This document shows, one piece after another, positions 42,528 through 52,994 of a stretch of 64,000 bases of DNA. Below the pieces are notes generated by a model. It made no database searches and was not told where the DNA came from. It saw only the letters and a list, made by a program, of their open reading frames with translations. Source of the stretch: Halodesulfurarchaeum sp. Lineage in GTDB: Archaea > Halobacteriota > Halobacteria > Halobacteriales > Halobacteriaceae. The position numbers were made by a program, and so were the translations under genes. The stretch covers positions 2,380 through 66,379 of the forward strand of contig NZ_JAZKRK010000006.1 in NCBI RefSeq assembly GCF_036626455.1, written 5' to 3'. Within the stretch, counting starts at the first letter, position 1. Each line of letters opens with the position of its first letter.

Positions 42528-44306
42528 ATGGCCACGGCTCCTGATCCCGACAAATTCTATCGGGATCTACTCGAATCCGTGGTGCAAAAAGCGCCGGACC
42601 TTATTTACTTCAAAAACCCGGCCCACGAACTTGTGTACTCCGGGGATATGTATGCCGAAATCTTGAACAAGGACCCGGCATCGGTGGTCGGAAAAACCGC
42701 CTGGGATCTATGGCCTGAGGCGGAGGCCGAATCGATCATCGAAGACGAAACGCGTGTCCTCAACGGCAACCCAGTCGTCGGACGCGAACGGGAGGTTACC
42801 CATGCTGACGGAACAAAACACTGGTATTCGATCAACAAACATCCCAGATACGACGACAATCAGGACGTCATCGGCTTTTTTGCGATCGATCGGGAAATCA
42901 CGGATCGGAAAGAATACGAGCTCGAACTCGAACGCTATCAAGCATTCGTGGAACATTCGGGCGACGTAATCACGCTCGTTAACGAGCAGGGTGTGATCGA
43001 ATACGTCAGTCCCGCGGCCGAAGACAGTCTCGGCCAGTCACAGAGCGCACTCGTCGGAAACTCACCACTGGAGTTCGTCCATCCGGACGATTTGGAGCCG
43101 GTGGAGGCTGCCCTCACCCAACTGCTCGCTGAACCATACGATATCGGCACACTCGAGTTCAGGTTCCGCGGAGCCGATGGGGGGTGGACGTGGGTCGAGA
43201 CGAACGGCGTTCACCGTCCAAATGTCGATGGAATTGGAGGGATTTTACTCGTAGCCCGGGACATCTCCAAGCGAAAAGCACGGGAAGAGCAGTCAAACCG
43301 GTTGAAACAGGCAGTCGACGCCTCCGGACACGCGATCTACATGACCGCACCCGATGGGACAATCGAATACGTCAACCCAGCCTTCGAATCAATGACCGGG
43401 TTTTCGGCCGACGAAGCAGTGGGGCAGACACCACGGATCATGAATTCCGGCGCGATGGACCCGGACCATTACGACGCGCTTTGGGGGACTATCAAACAGG
43501 GGAAAGTGTGGGACGAAGAGGTCATTAATCAGCGAAAATCGGGGGAGCAGTATACAGCCCAACAAACGATCGCTCCGATCGAAAAGAACGGCCAAATCTC
43601 AGCATTCGTCGCCATCCAAACGGACATCACGGATCGGATAGAGCTCGAAGAGCGACTCTCGGTCGTCAACCGGATCCTCCGCCACGATATCCGATCTGCA
43701 GTGAGTGTCATCCGCGGCAACGCCGAATTGGCACTGGACTCGGATCGAAATTTACCCGGGCTCTTGGAGAATATTCAGTCTGAAGCAAACCGACTCCACC
43801 GCCTCGGAGAGAACGCTCGCTACATCGAGAGTGTCTTATCCGAAGGCGAAACGGACACGACGGTCGTCGATCTCGCAGACATTGTGCCTGCCAACGCGTT
43901 ACACCTTCGTGAGGAGTATCCAGACGCCACAATCAGCTTCGATGTCCCCGATTCGGCTCCAGTCTCAGCATCGAGACGGCTCGAAGAGGCAATTACTGAA
44001 TTGTGCACGAACGGGATCGTTCACAACGTCGGGGACCATGCCCAGGTGACAATGACCGTCGAATATTCACCCGACCAACCCTGGGGTATACTCGAGGTGG
44101 CGGACAACGGTCCTGGGATCCCACCGGACGAGATCTATCCACTCGAACACGGGATCGAATCGAGTCTCGAACATTCGAGCGGACTCGGCCTGTGGGTGGC
44201 TCAATGGATCGTACAAGAGTCCGGAGGCAAACTCGAATTCGAAACGGATGAGTCAGCAGGGTCGCGTGTTCGCATCAAACTGCAAAAATCCGAAGCCGGG
44301 GCCTAA
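42528..44306 (+). CDS. Multi-PAS sensor histidine kinase
   Basis: 592 aa with three PAS-like repeats (...VTHADGTKHWY..., ...FRGADGGWTW..., ...NQRKSGEQY...). H-box LRHDIRSAV. ATP-lid motifs DNGPGIP and GLGLWVAQ. No adjacent response regulator. Confidence 0.85.
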   Translation: MATAPDPDKFYRDLLESVVQKAPDLIYFKNPAHELVYSGDMYAEILNKDPASVVGKTAWDLWPEAEAESIIEDETRVLNGNPVVGREREVTHADGTKHWYSINKHPRYDDNQDVIGFFAIDREITDRKEYELELERYQAFVEHSGDVITLVNEQGVIEYVSPAAEDSLGQSQSALVGNSPLEFVHPDDLEPVEAALTQLLAEPYDIGTLEFRFRGADGGWTWVETNGVHRPNVDGIGGILLVARDISKRKAREEQSNRLKQAVDASGHAIYMTAPDGTIEYVNPAFESMTGFSADEAVGQTPRIMNSGAMDPDHYDALWGTIKQGKVWDEEVINQRKSGEQYTAQQTIAPIEKNGQISAFVAIQTDITDRIELEERLSVVNRILRHDIRSAVSVIRGNAELALDSDRNLPGLLENIQSEANRLHRLGENARYIESVLSEGETDTTVVDLADIVPANALHLREEYPDATISFDVPDSAPVSASRRLEEAITELCTNGIVHNVGDHAQVTMTVEYSPDQPWGILEVADNGPGIPPDEIYPLEHGIESSLEHSSGLGLWVAQWIVQESGGKLEFETDESAGSRVRIKLQKSEAGA

Positions 44307-44345
44307 GTGCGCGCAGCAGGTCGCCACACCCCAACACGCACCAAC

Positions 44346-47030
44346 TCACATATACTGACCGAGACCGGTCTGTGTCTGGCCGTCTCGAACCTCAGCCCAG
44401 GAGATATCGAGGGCCTCGAGGACACGTGATATCGGTCCTTTGAGCGTCTTTTCGAGCATTTTCGGCCAATCGATCTCGAATTCCTCTGGCACCTGGTCCG
44501 CGTACTCGTAACAGATGACATCCGGATCTCGTTTGAACTCGATATAGAGGTCCGTTTCTTCGATCCCCGACTTCTCCTCCTCGATTCGGTGCCAGAACGA
44601 GGGATGTACTTTCTTCAGGTAGAGCCGTTTTGGTTTACTTCCACGCGTGAAGTTTGTCCCGAGAAGGAGATTCGCGTATTTGGCCCCGCGGACGTGGGCC
44701 GTATCAGTTTCGTAATCGTCCAGACGCTTGCCGATCCCGCCTGGAATTCCAACGTCGTCGAGGCTGACCTGGCCCGCCTGGTACTCCTCAATGACTTCGT
44801 GGACGTATTCCTTCACGCCCTCAATGTCGCCCTCCGTGACGATCCGTTCGATGACATCTTTTTGGACTTCTTTGGTAATCGGCGCAATATCAGAGCGCTT
44901 GTACTCGAATCCGGTGATGTCGATGTCGTCGACTTCCTTTCCTTCTTTCCAAACGATGTGACCGGCGTACCGTTTCTTCTTGCCGGCCTGGAAGAACCGT
45001 CGGTAAAGCTTCTCGAATTCGATCTGGAAACGATGCTCCGCAGCCTGAAGCTCTCTGCTGGCGAATTCGTCGTATGAATCGTTGATATAGTCCTCGAGGT
45101 CGTGGGACCGTTTGATGGCCTCTCCAGCGGACACGTTGGACCCGAGTTCCAGCATGACGCTGTCAGTGTCCCCGTAGATTACCTCCAACCCCTGTTCGTT
45201 GGCCGCCTGTTCAGTGAATTCGATGACGGCACGGCCCGTCGCGGTTACGGCGGCTCCCATTTCCTTATCATAGAGGCGGAACCGCTCCCAGCCCAGCACA
45301 CCGTACAGGGAGTTCATGATGACTTTGACCGCGGCTTGTTGTTGGTCGTAAAGCCGGTAATCATCGCTCTCCGGGTCGTGCTCGTTTCGAAGCGTCTTCC
45401 GCTCTTCGCGCTCGGAAAGCAGTTCCGTGACCATCTCGCGGATGATTCCATCCGGTTCGGTCCGGAAATGAGTCCCATTTGGCGCTCGATACGTGTCCCC
45501 CCCAAAGGCCTCGGGATCGACTTTCGTTTCCGGTGACGCGTTCACTGTCACCATACACATCGGATAGAGGCTCTTCAAGTCAAGAACCGTCACCATTTCC
45601 CGGACCCCCGTGATCGGATCGAAAACGGCCCCACCCTCGTAGTCTTCGCTCTCTTGCTGGCCCTTCGACGGGACCGCGAACTCCCCGTGGACCTTATGAA
45701 GGACGTACATATCCACGGCATCGCCGGGGGTCGTCGCATCCTCCAGTTTGCAGCCCACGAACTCCGCAACCTCTTCCCAGAAGTCGATGATGTTCTGCCG
45801 ACGGTCGATCTCGACACACAATTCGACGTCACGCATATTATACTCTAACAGCCGCTCCGGATCGGTCTCCCAGAGGTCACCAATGTCTCCGGTGTACCGC
45901 TCTTTCCCGACCCCGACCTCCTCTTCGGCGACCGCTTCGAGTCGATAGGAGTCCAGTTCCGAGAACTGGGTTCGCTGGTAGGCATACAGAAGATCGAAGA
46001 CGACCCGGCCTTTCACACTCGGGCCCTGCCAATCGCTTCGCCATACCTCGTTCACACGCGAGAGTCGGTCGGAATCAAGGCCGAGGACTTCGAGTCGGTC
46101 GAGAAGATACGGGGCGTCGAAATCCGAAAAATTCCACCCAGTCAACACGTCGGGGTCCGTCTCGTCGATGTACTCGAGAAACGAGTCGAGCATGTTGGCC
46201 TCGTCCTCAAACGTTCTGACTTCGATCGACGCGTCTGACTCGAGAAATTCGTGGTCCGGGAGGTCTTCCGGGGCCGCCTCGTCGCGAACTGGTGGATCGT
46301 AGAGCCAGGCGATGTACTCGTCCCGATAGGAGTCGTGACTCGAAATACTGATGAGATCCTCCTCGCCGTCCTCTGGGAACCCGTTCCGATCGTCCACTTC
46401 GATGTCGAACGTATTGACCCGGAGATTCGGGCTCATCTCGACTGGGTCGACTTCGTCGGCATGGGCGTAGATAGCCCCATCATCCCCCCGGCGCACTGGC
46501 ACCGAAACCCCACTAGTGATATCCCGATCGACCAAGAATCGATTGGGGAACAGGATGTCAGCCTCGTAGTGGTCAAACTCATCACGTACATTGCCCACGT
46601 CCCGGGGCGTCTGTGCGTAAATCCGGGTTAATAACTCCCCACGGATGCTCTCGTACCCGTCATCGTGCCCAGTAATGGTATTGCGAGCAAAATCAGTCTC
46701 GTCCAGCGAGTTAGTTGGGGCATAAAAATACGGCTTGAAGCCATGCACCCGGACGTGTTCGAGTTCGTCTTGCGCTGTCCGACCGAACACATGGATCACT
46801 GGCCGTTCGTGCTCACCTGACCCCTCAATTGTGTAATCGACCTGTGTTACGGCAAGTTCGAGGTGCTCCCCGACAGTTGGTAATGCGTCAGCTTCGGCTG
46901 AAATGATCTCCGTGACGACAGGGTCAGCATCACCAGCCACGGCCTGGGCCTCGGCCATACGTGAGTCGGTCGACGGTCCGTCCGGCGGATTCGACTCGCC
47001 GCCGAAGTCCGAGAGGTCCGTGTTCGTCAT
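44346..47030 (-). CDS. polB: Family B DNA polymerase
   Basis: ORF track gives 44346..47201. The ATG at 47030 (MTNTDLSDFGG...) gives 894 aa. Exo motifs FDIEV and NFSDFDAPYL; pol motifs DLKSLYP, KVIMNSLYG and YGDTDS. No intein-like insertion seen. Confidence 0.93.
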   Translation of the reverse strand: MTNTDLSDFGGESNPPDGPSTDSRMAEAQAVAGDADPVVTEIISAEADALPTVGEHLELAVTQVDYTIEGSGEHERPVIHVFGRTAQDELEHVRVHGFKPYFYAPTNSLDETDFARNTITGHDDGYESIRGELLTRIYAQTPRDVGNVRDEFDHYEADILFPNRFLVDRDITSGVSVPVRRGDDGAIYAHADEVDPVEMSPNLRVNTFDIEVDDRNGFPEDGEEDLISISSHDSYRDEYIAWLYDPPVRDEAAPEDLPDHEFLESDASIEVRTFEDEANMLDSFLEYIDETDPDVLTGWNFSDFDAPYLLDRLEVLGLDSDRLSRVNEVWRSDWQGPSVKGRVVFDLLYAYQRTQFSELDSYRLEAVAEEEVGVGKERYTGDIGDLWETDPERLLEYNMRDVELCVEIDRRQNIIDFWEEVAEFVGCKLEDATTPGDAVDMYVLHKVHGEFAVPSKGQQESEDYEGGAVFDPITGVREMVTVLDLKSLYPMCMVTVNASPETKVDPEAFGGDTYRAPNGTHFRTEPDGIIREMVTELLSEREERKTLRNEHDPESDDYRLYDQQQAAVKVIMNSLYGVLGWERFRLYDKEMGAAVTATGRAVIEFTEQAANEQGLEVIYGDTDSVMLELGSNVSAGEAIKRSHDLEDYINDSYDEFASRELQAAEHRFQIEFEKLYRRFFQAGKKKRYAGHIVWKEGKEVDDIDITGFEYKRSDIAPITKEVQKDVIERIVTEGDIEGVKEYVHEVIEEYQAGQVSLDDVGIPGGIGKRLDDYETDTAHVRGAKYANLLLGTNFTRGSKPKRLYLKKVHPSFWHRIEEEKSGIEETDLYIEFKRDPDVICYEYADQVPEEFEIDWPKMLEKTLKGPISRVLEALDISWAEVRDGQTQTGLGQYM

Positions 47031-47121
47031 TGCCAGAGGTTGGGACGCGCCGCCTGAAAAGTGGTCCGGGACTGAGGTTGGGGAAAGGCCTTTACCATGT
47101 GACTCCATACCACATATCGAG

Positions 47122-47313
47122 GTGCCACCTGTGGACGATCCCGCCAAGGGCGAAAATCGGCGTGCCGATGTGCCGCAGTTACCCGATGGGCAAGACTCCA
47201 CCGAAGCGATCGAGGCCTACGAGACAGTAGACGGAGTCGTCTTTTATGACGGTGAAAACCCACTCGCCTGGCTCCAGTCCACATCAAAGGTCGAACTATC
47301 CGAGCAGCGCTAA
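47122..47313 (+). CDS. Small acidic protein (about 47-63 aa, GTG start uncertain)
   Basis: This is the tail of ORF 46903..47313 lying outside polB: ...DSTEAIEAYETVDGVVFYDGENPLAWLQSTSKVELSEQR. It has a protein-like composition. In-frame GTGs lie at 47122, 47131 and 47170. It resembles small conserved haloarchaeal proteins, judged from memory only. Confidence 0.35.
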   Translation: MPPVDDPAKGENRRADVPQLPDGQDSTEAIEAYETVDGVVFYDGENPLAWLQSTSKVELSEQR

Positions 47314-47355
47314 GACAGCGAAACCGTTTTCGAAGTCCCCCTCGCCCTCCTAATT

Positions 47356-47601
47356 GTGACGGGTTCCGAGGGAGATGTCGACGCAGAGGACTTCGCCCCA
47401 GCCGAACTCCCCGAGGAGACTCGACGAGAGTTTCTTCTGCAAGCAGGATTGCTGAACCTTGGCGTATTAGCCACCGGTGCGGGCCTAATCGTCGTCGCCT
47501 TTACAGACCAGTTGTTCGGGGGCGTTCTATTGGCCGGCTTGGGGACCATCCTTCTCGGACTGACTGTCTGGCGATACCACCAGCAGTCACCCTCGAAGTG
47601 A
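47356..47601 (+). CDS. Small two-TM membrane protein with an acidic N-terminus
   Basis: 81 aa (GTG start): MTGSEGDVDAEDFAPAELPEE...LGVLATGAGLIVVAF...LLAGLGTILLGLTVW. Confidence 0.4.
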   Translation: MTGSEGDVDAEDFAPAELPEETRREFLLQAGLLNLGVLATGAGLIVVAFTDQLFGGVLLAGLGTILLGLTVWRYHQQSPSK

Positions 47602-47616
47602 CCCGTCGGGACCGTG

Positions 47617-50286
47617 TCAGTCCGCTTGCCCTGGAAGTTGGGGGGGCACAGACTCGACCGACGATCGATTCGTCGTTGGATCTTTCTCAACTCGAATGAG
47701 GTCGTCTGCTGCACCGATCAGCTCCGTATCGTGACTCACCACAATGATCTGTTCGACGCCCAGATCACGCATCGATTCGACGAGTGAGACGAGTTGTGTC
47801 ACGTGACCTGCATCAAGGAACACGGTCGGCTCGTCGAGAATCAACGGTGGCATCGGGGCCGTTCCCTCAATTCCCTCGACGAGAAGCCTGTATATAGCGG
47901 CTCTGAGACTCAAGTTAAAGAGGGCCCGTTCGCCACCGGACAGTTGGTCAGGGTCGAGCGGGGAGCCATCTTTCTGGTAGATCGTCAATTCGTATGCGTC
48001 ATCGAGTTCAATACGGGCATAGGAATCGTTCCGGTATACGAGGTCGAAACTCTCATTCAACAGTGTTTCGAGCCGTTCGACGTTGCGCTGTCGGAGGTCC
48101 GTTCGAAGCGTCCCATACATGGATTCGAGTTCGGAGACCTCTTCGTGGGCCGACTCCAGAGACTCGACGGTTTCAAGCACCGATTCACGCTGTGATTCTA
48201 CCTCTCGAAGCTCTTCCAATTCATTCGTGACACCGCCGAGCTCGGTTTGTCGTTCATCCCGTTCGGCCCGCTTTTCGGCCAATTGCGTTTCGACCTCTTC
48301 CAGGTACGCCTCAGCATTTTTCCGGTTCTTTCTCGCCTTTGTGACAGTCTCCTCGTCGATTTCCGTCTCCAGAGCCTGTTTTCGCTCCCGCAGCTCACCA
48401 AGGGTTTCTCGGCGTTCGTCGTTTCGATCAGCCAGTTCCGAACGGGTTTCGCGCTGGCGCTCAAGTGTTTCACGTTTGTCTTCGAGTTCCGAAACGGCCT
48501 CTTGAACCGAAACCAGTGCATCGATGCGTTCGGTGAGTTCAGACAGTTCTTGGTTTCGGTCACCGATCTTAGAGCGGTATTTTTCCACTCGTTCTGTTGC
48601 CGCTTTTGCGTCCACTTGGGCCGATGTTGCCTCCGATTCGAGACGGTCTGCCTCCTCGTGTAATTCGGAAACACGCTCTTTTTTCGAGTCCCAAGTGGCG
48701 CGTTTTTCTTTCAGCCGGTCCCCATGGGTCTCGATTTCGGAAACAAGACGGTCGACAGCCCGCTCGTGTTCGCGAAGCCCTTCGGCGCGTTCGATTTCGG
48801 ATTCGATCTCCGTCTGGCACTCTCCAAGTTCGGCCAGCTCCGATTCCAACTCCTGTAGCCGTGTTCGATCCTCCTCGAGGGATTCAACATGTGGCGAGCC
48901 CTCGACTGGTTGGCCACATTCGGGACACTTCCCGGCTTCTTGCAAATCCTCGGCTTCCTCGATCGACTTCTTCAGGGTGGCGACCTCCTCCCGAAGTTCG
49001 GCTTCAGCCTCCCGGAGGTCCGCAATTGCCTCGCGTCTGTTTTGGATGTGCGCCTCGGCCCCTCCAAACTCGACACGGGCGTCCTCGAACGCTGCCCGGT
49101 GGGATTGGATCTCCTCACCAGCCGTTTTGAGTGTGTCTTTTTCCGCTTCGATAGTGGTTTCGAGGTTTGCAATTTCGTCTGTAAGTTTGTCCGCACGATC
49201 TCGACGTTCCCTTGCTCGCTCGGCTAACTCTTCGGCCCGTTCCGAAGCCGTTTCGGCCTCGTGTTCGGCAGTTTTGACCGTCTCCCGGAATTCCATGATT
49301 TCCGCAGTTAGCTCCTCTTTGCGTTCTCGTGCAGACTCGATGGCAGCTTCGAGGGTTTCCTGATCCGGTTCTTCGATGCCGAGATCCGCTGCGGTTTCGG
49401 TCACTGCGGCTGCTTCGGTTTCGATCGTTTCACGGAGATCGCCTATCGAATCAGCGAGTTTCTCACGCCGGCCCTCGGCCGCTGCGATCCGCTCTCGAAG
49501 GTCACCGATCCGTTCGGTGACCGTCTCCAGTTCTTCCTGTCGCTTGTCATACGTTTCAAGCGTGGATTCCGCCTCCGAGAGGGTTTCTCGGGCCTCAGCT
49601 CGGCCAGACTCTAACTCCTCGATCGTCTCCTCGAGGGCCGCGATTTCGGTTTCAAGCGTCGACTTCCGGGTGTAGAGTTCCGATTCGTCCTTGGCTTCGA
49701 TCTGTTCCTCGAGTAATTCGAGGCGGCTTTCGCGTCCGTCTTTTACTTTCTCGACGCCCAGTCTGGCCTCGCGTGCCCGTTCACGGTAGGTTTCTAATTT
49801 CCCTAGTTGCAGGAGCCGGTCGATCATCCGCTTGCGGTCTGCTGGGCTCGCCTCGATCAGTTTGTTGATCTCGCCCTGGCGAACAAACGCCGAATTCACA
49901 AAGGCTTCGGCGTCCATACGGAGCATCGAACGGATCTCAGTTTCAACGTCACCCACACCAGTCAGCGTCGATTCTGGTCCTTCGAGCGTGCATTCCGCTG
50001 TTGCCGCCCGGTCTCCAGTCGCCCGAATACGTCGGTAGAGATGGTAGGACGCACTGTCATGAGTGAACCAGAGATCCACCTCGGCCTCCTCGGTCCCGAT
50101 AGTGACGATTTCCTCGAGGGTTCGGTCGATGGCTGTGGCCCCATAGAGTGCAAAGAAACACGCCTCCAAAAGCGAGGACTTCCCGCTCCCATTGATCCCG
50201 TGAACCACTGTCACTCCTGGGTTCAGGTCCACATCTGCGTCGGCGAAACACTTGAAGTTCCGCAATGCAAGGCGTTCAAATCTCAT
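47617..50286 (-). CDS. rad50: DNA double-strand break repair ATPase Rad50
   Basis: 889 aa. Walker A GINGSGKSS, long coiled coils, zinc hook CPECGQP, signature LSGGERALFNL and Walker B LILDEPTVFLD. Confidence 0.95.
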   Translation of the reverse strand: MRFERLALRNFKCFADADVDLNPGVTVVHGINGSGKSSLLEACFFALYGATAIDRTLEEIVTIGTEEAEVDLWFTHDSASYHLYRRIRATGDRAATAECTLEGPESTLTGVGDVETEIRSMLRMDAEAFVNSAFVRQGEINKLIEASPADRKRMIDRLLQLGKLETYRERAREARLGVEKVKDGRESRLELLEEQIEAKDESELYTRKSTLETEIAALEETIEELESGRAEARETLSEAESTLETYDKRQEELETVTERIGDLRERIAAAEGRREKLADSIGDLRETIETEAAAVTETAADLGIEEPDQETLEAAIESARERKEELTAEIMEFRETVKTAEHEAETASERAEELAERARERRDRADKLTDEIANLETTIEAEKDTLKTAGEEIQSHRAAFEDARVEFGGAEAHIQNRREAIADLREAEAELREEVATLKKSIEEAEDLQEAGKCPECGQPVEGSPHVESLEEDRTRLQELESELAELGECQTEIESEIERAEGLREHERAVDRLVSEIETHGDRLKEKRATWDSKKERVSELHEEADRLESEATSAQVDAKAATERVEKYRSKIGDRNQELSELTERIDALVSVQEAVSELEDKRETLERQRETRSELADRNDERRETLGELRERKQALETEIDEETVTKARKNRKNAEAYLEEVETQLAEKRAERDERQTELGGVTNELEELREVESQRESVLETVESLESAHEEVSELESMYGTLRTDLRQRNVERLETLLNESFDLVYRNDSYARIELDDAYELTIYQKDGSPLDPDQLSGGERALFNLSLRAAIYRLLVEGIEGTAPMPPLILDEPTVFLDAGHVTQLVSLVESMRDLGVEQIIVVSHDTELIGAADDLIRVEKDPTTNRSSVESVPPQLPGQAD

Positions 50287-51530
50287 AGGAAGTCCCCCAT
50301 CGTTGTTTCCGTTGGCCCATCGGCCTCGGCCGGGTCCTCAGCTGTCTCATCTGTAACTGTTTCGCCTGTCTCGGTCGGCTCCTCGGCATCATTAGGTTCT
50401 GTGTCTGGCTCCGATTCCATAGTCGCCGATTCAAAGGCACTCGGGTCATCCAGAGTCTCTGTCACCGTTTCGACGACCCGATTCCGGATGTTGCTTTTGG
50501 CGAGGTCCTCGTCCCGAATCAAGCTCTCGACCGAGCGGGCGGCGTCGCTCAACCCGAGTTCGCGGACCCGGTTCGTGACAGCGTCATCGGGGTCCACAAA
50601 CGAGACGGACATCTCAGACTCGGAATCAACGTCCCGTCGGTCGTTCACGCGAGTGACCAAAGCTCCTTCCGAATCCCCTACTGCCTCGATATCAGCGGGT
50701 GGAATCGAATCGCCCGCACCTTCGATCGTCACGATCACGACTGCATCGTCGACGTCAGTCTCTCTGATTCGCTCCCGGACCAACGAGTCCCCTTCCGAAG
50801 GGCCCAGTTCAAGGTCGATAAAAACGAAATCTCGCGTGCCAATATCCCGACGGGTGATCGAGACGTCCTCGTCGAATGTGACGAGGTTGTACCCCCGTGG
50901 CTCTCGCTGGGACGCGCTCGTCCGTTCGGTCGAGCCACAATAGGTCGCCCAAGTCCCTTCGACCTGTATCTGGTTTGGTGTATGGTCGTCTCCGAGCAGT
51001 AGCCCGTCGAAATTCACAGTCGCCCGGGAAAGGATCTCCTCCAGGTCCCAGTCACCGTGTGGAAAGGGCTCGAACAGACCGTGGGCCACAAGGGCACTGA
51101 ATTCCGTTTCAGGGGGTTCAAAGTCGTATTCGAGTGTGGCTCGTTTTGCTCGCGGGACGTGGTCCAACCCATAGAATGTGGTGTTCCCGACGACAGTCCC
51201 CGTATTATCGAGATGCGTGGCGAGACCCAATTGTTCGAAGAGATCGATCCATTGCCCGTCACGGGCGTCCTCGTGATTTCCAACAATAGCGAGAAACGGG
51301 ATCTCCGCGGCCCGAAGGTCTTCCAAGATATCGATCGACCCGCGAAGGTCAAGGAGTCCCGGTCGCCGGTCGTTGAAGAGGTCCCCTGCATGGACGACTG
51401 CATCGACGTTTTGATCGATGGCGTCCTCTATGACCTGTCGAAACGCGTCGAGAAAGTCCTCGCGGCGCTCCGGCCGATGATATTGCCGGTAGCCGATGTG
51501 GGTGTCACCCGTATGTATGACCCGTGTCAT
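50283..51530 (-). CDS. mre11: DNA double-strand break repair nuclease Mre11
   Basis: 415 aa. Phosphoesterase motifs HTGDTHIG, HAGDLF and GNHED, with an acidic C-terminal tail. 4-nt overlap with rad50. Confidence 0.95.
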   Translation of the reverse strand: MTRVIHTGDTHIGYRQYHRPERREDFLDAFRQVIEDAIDQNVDAVVHAGDLFNDRRPGLLDLRGSIDILEDLRAAEIPFLAIVGNHEDARDGQWIDLFEQLGLATHLDNTGTVVGNTTFYGLDHVPRAKRATLEYDFEPPETEFSALVAHGLFEPFPHGDWDLEEILSRATVNFDGLLLGDDHTPNQIQVEGTWATYCGSTERTSASQREPRGYNLVTFDEDVSITRRDIGTRDFVFIDLELGPSEGDSLVRERIRETDVDDAVVIVTIEGAGDSIPPADIEAVGDSEGALVTRVNDRRDVDSESEMSVSFVDPDDAVTNRVRELGLSDAARSVESLIRDEDLAKSNIRNRVVETVTETLDDPSAFESATMESEPDTEPNDAEEPTETGETVTDETAEDPAEADGPTETTMGDFL

Positions 51531-51689
51531 TCAGTTCTCGAAACATTGTACCCGATCACATTTATTATCGATGGACGGACCGCGAATTATCGCCAGCGAG
51601 CGGCCGGACCCGACAAACGGGCCGCAAAGGGGCAGCAGACGGTGCCACCACCCGAACCCTCTTATGAGACAGAACCCTACCTATTTTTG

Positions 51690-52901
51690 ATGACTGAAAC
51701 CGTGGATGACGTCGAACTCCCCTACGACGAGGAGGCGTCTCAGCAGGAGAAACTCGACGTCCTCCAGGAACGCCTCGAAGTTCTCGAGGAGCAAAACGAG
51801 GAAATGCGTGACAAACTCCTCGATGCGAACGCGGAGAACAACAAGTACCAACAGAAACTCGAACGACTTTCTCACGAGAACAAGAAGCTCAAACAGTCTC
51901 CCCTTTTCGTTGCGACCGTTCAGGAACTCAACGAGGAAGGCGTGGTGATCAAGCAACACGGCAACAATCAGGAGGCCCTGACCGAGGTCACCGACGAGAT
52001 GCGAGAGGATCTTGAGGCAAACGCTCGCGTCGCGGTGAACAACTCCCTCTCGATCGTCAAACGTCTCGATGACGAAGCTGACGTGCGAGCGAAAGTGATG
52101 CAGGTCGAAGAGAGCCCGGATGTCGGCTACGAAGACATCGGTGGACTCACTGACGAACTCAACGAGGTCCGAGAAACAGTCGAGTTGCCACTCGACAACC
52201 CGGAACTCTTCGATACGGTCGGAATCGATCCGCCCAGTGGCGTCCTGCTCCACGGTCCGCCAGGCACCGGCAAGACACTCATGGCCAAAGCCGTGGCCCG
52301 CCAGACGGACGCGACATTCATCAAGATGGCCGGGTCCGAACTCGTCCACAAGTTCATCGGCGAGGGGGCGAAACTCGTCCGGGACCTCTTCCAGGTCGCC
52401 CGAGAACACGAGCCAGCCGTCCTGTTCATCGACGAGATCGACGCCATTGCGTCCAAACGGACGGACTCGAAGACCTCCGGTGACGCTGAGGTCCAGCGGA
52501 CGATGATGCAACTGCTCTCGGAGATGGACGGCTTCGAGGACCGGGGCGACGTGCGTATCATCGCGGCGACGAACCGCTTTGACATGCTCGACCGCGCGAT
52601 TCTCCGGCCCGGCCGATTCGATCGACTCATCGAAGTCCCGCTTCCGGACGAAACGGGTCGCGAGAAGATCTTCAAGATCCACACCCGGAACATGTCGACA
52701 AACGAGGCGTTGGATTACGAGCAGCTCGGTCGGGACACGGACGGAATGTCCGGAGCCGACATTCGAGCGATCTGTACCGAAGCCGGGATGTTCGCGATCC
52801 GAGACGACCGGGAAACGATCACGACACAGGACTTCCGGGAGGCCCGGGAGAAACTGGAAGCCGAAGACGAGGACGACGACGTGTCCAAAACCTTCGCCTG
52901 A
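51690..52901 (+). CDS. pan: Proteasome-activating nucleotidase (PAN, AAA+ ATPase)
   Basis: ORF track gives 51057..52901, an open frame that runs antisense into mre11. The ATG at 51690 (MTETVDDVELPYDEE..., residue 212 of the track ORF) gives 403 aa. Coiled-coil N-terminus, Walker A GPPGTGKT and Walker B LFIDEID. Confidence 0.95.
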   Translation: MTETVDDVELPYDEEASQQEKLDVLQERLEVLEEQNEEMRDKLLDANAENNKYQQKLERLSHENKKLKQSPLFVATVQELNEEGVVIKQHGNNQEALTEVTDEMREDLEANARVAVNNSLSIVKRLDDEADVRAKVMQVEESPDVGYEDIGGLTDELNEVRETVELPLDNPELFDTVGIDPPSGVLLHGPPGTGKTLMAKAVARQTDATFIKMAGSELVHKFIGEGAKLVRDLFQVAREHEPAVLFIDEIDAIASKRTDSKTSGDAEVQRTMMQLLSEMDGFEDRGDVRIIAATNRFDMLDRAILRPGRFDRLIEVPLPDETGREKIFKIHTRNMSTNEALDYEQLGRDTDGMSGADIRAICTEAGMFAIRDDRETITTQDFREAREKLEAEDEDDDVSKTFA

Positions 52902-52917
52902 GCTTTCAGGCGTTTTT
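52896..52917 (+). terminator. Hairpin plus T5 run at the pan stop codon
   Basis: GCCTGA-gctt-TCAGGC followed by GTTTTTA. The stem includes the TGA stop (52899-52901). Confidence 0.45.
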
Positions 52918-52994
52918 ATTCCCGTCAAGAGACGTTTCGATTGTCCCAACCGTGTGGATAACAACTAAATCCATTCCACTGGCTGGTATATCCA

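Noticed and set aside
47031-47201. N-terminal 57-codon extension of the polB ORF
   Set aside because: The extension (MESCPSGNCGTSARRFSPLAG...) is Cys/Ser/Gly-rich and unlike the acidic rest of the protein. The ATG at 47030 gives a normal PolB N-terminus and leaves room for the divergent small ORF.
48083-50943. Several long ORFs (138-378 aa) antisense or out of frame in rad50 and mre11
   Set aside because: They are Ser/Arg-rich low-complexity mirror images of the Glu/Leu/Arg-rich coiled-coil coding strand. rad50 and mre11 carry all their catalytic motifs.
51057-51689. 211-codon upstream extension of the pan ORF
   Set aside because: It runs antisense through mre11. The PAN homology, with its coiled-coil N-terminus, begins at the ATG at 51690.
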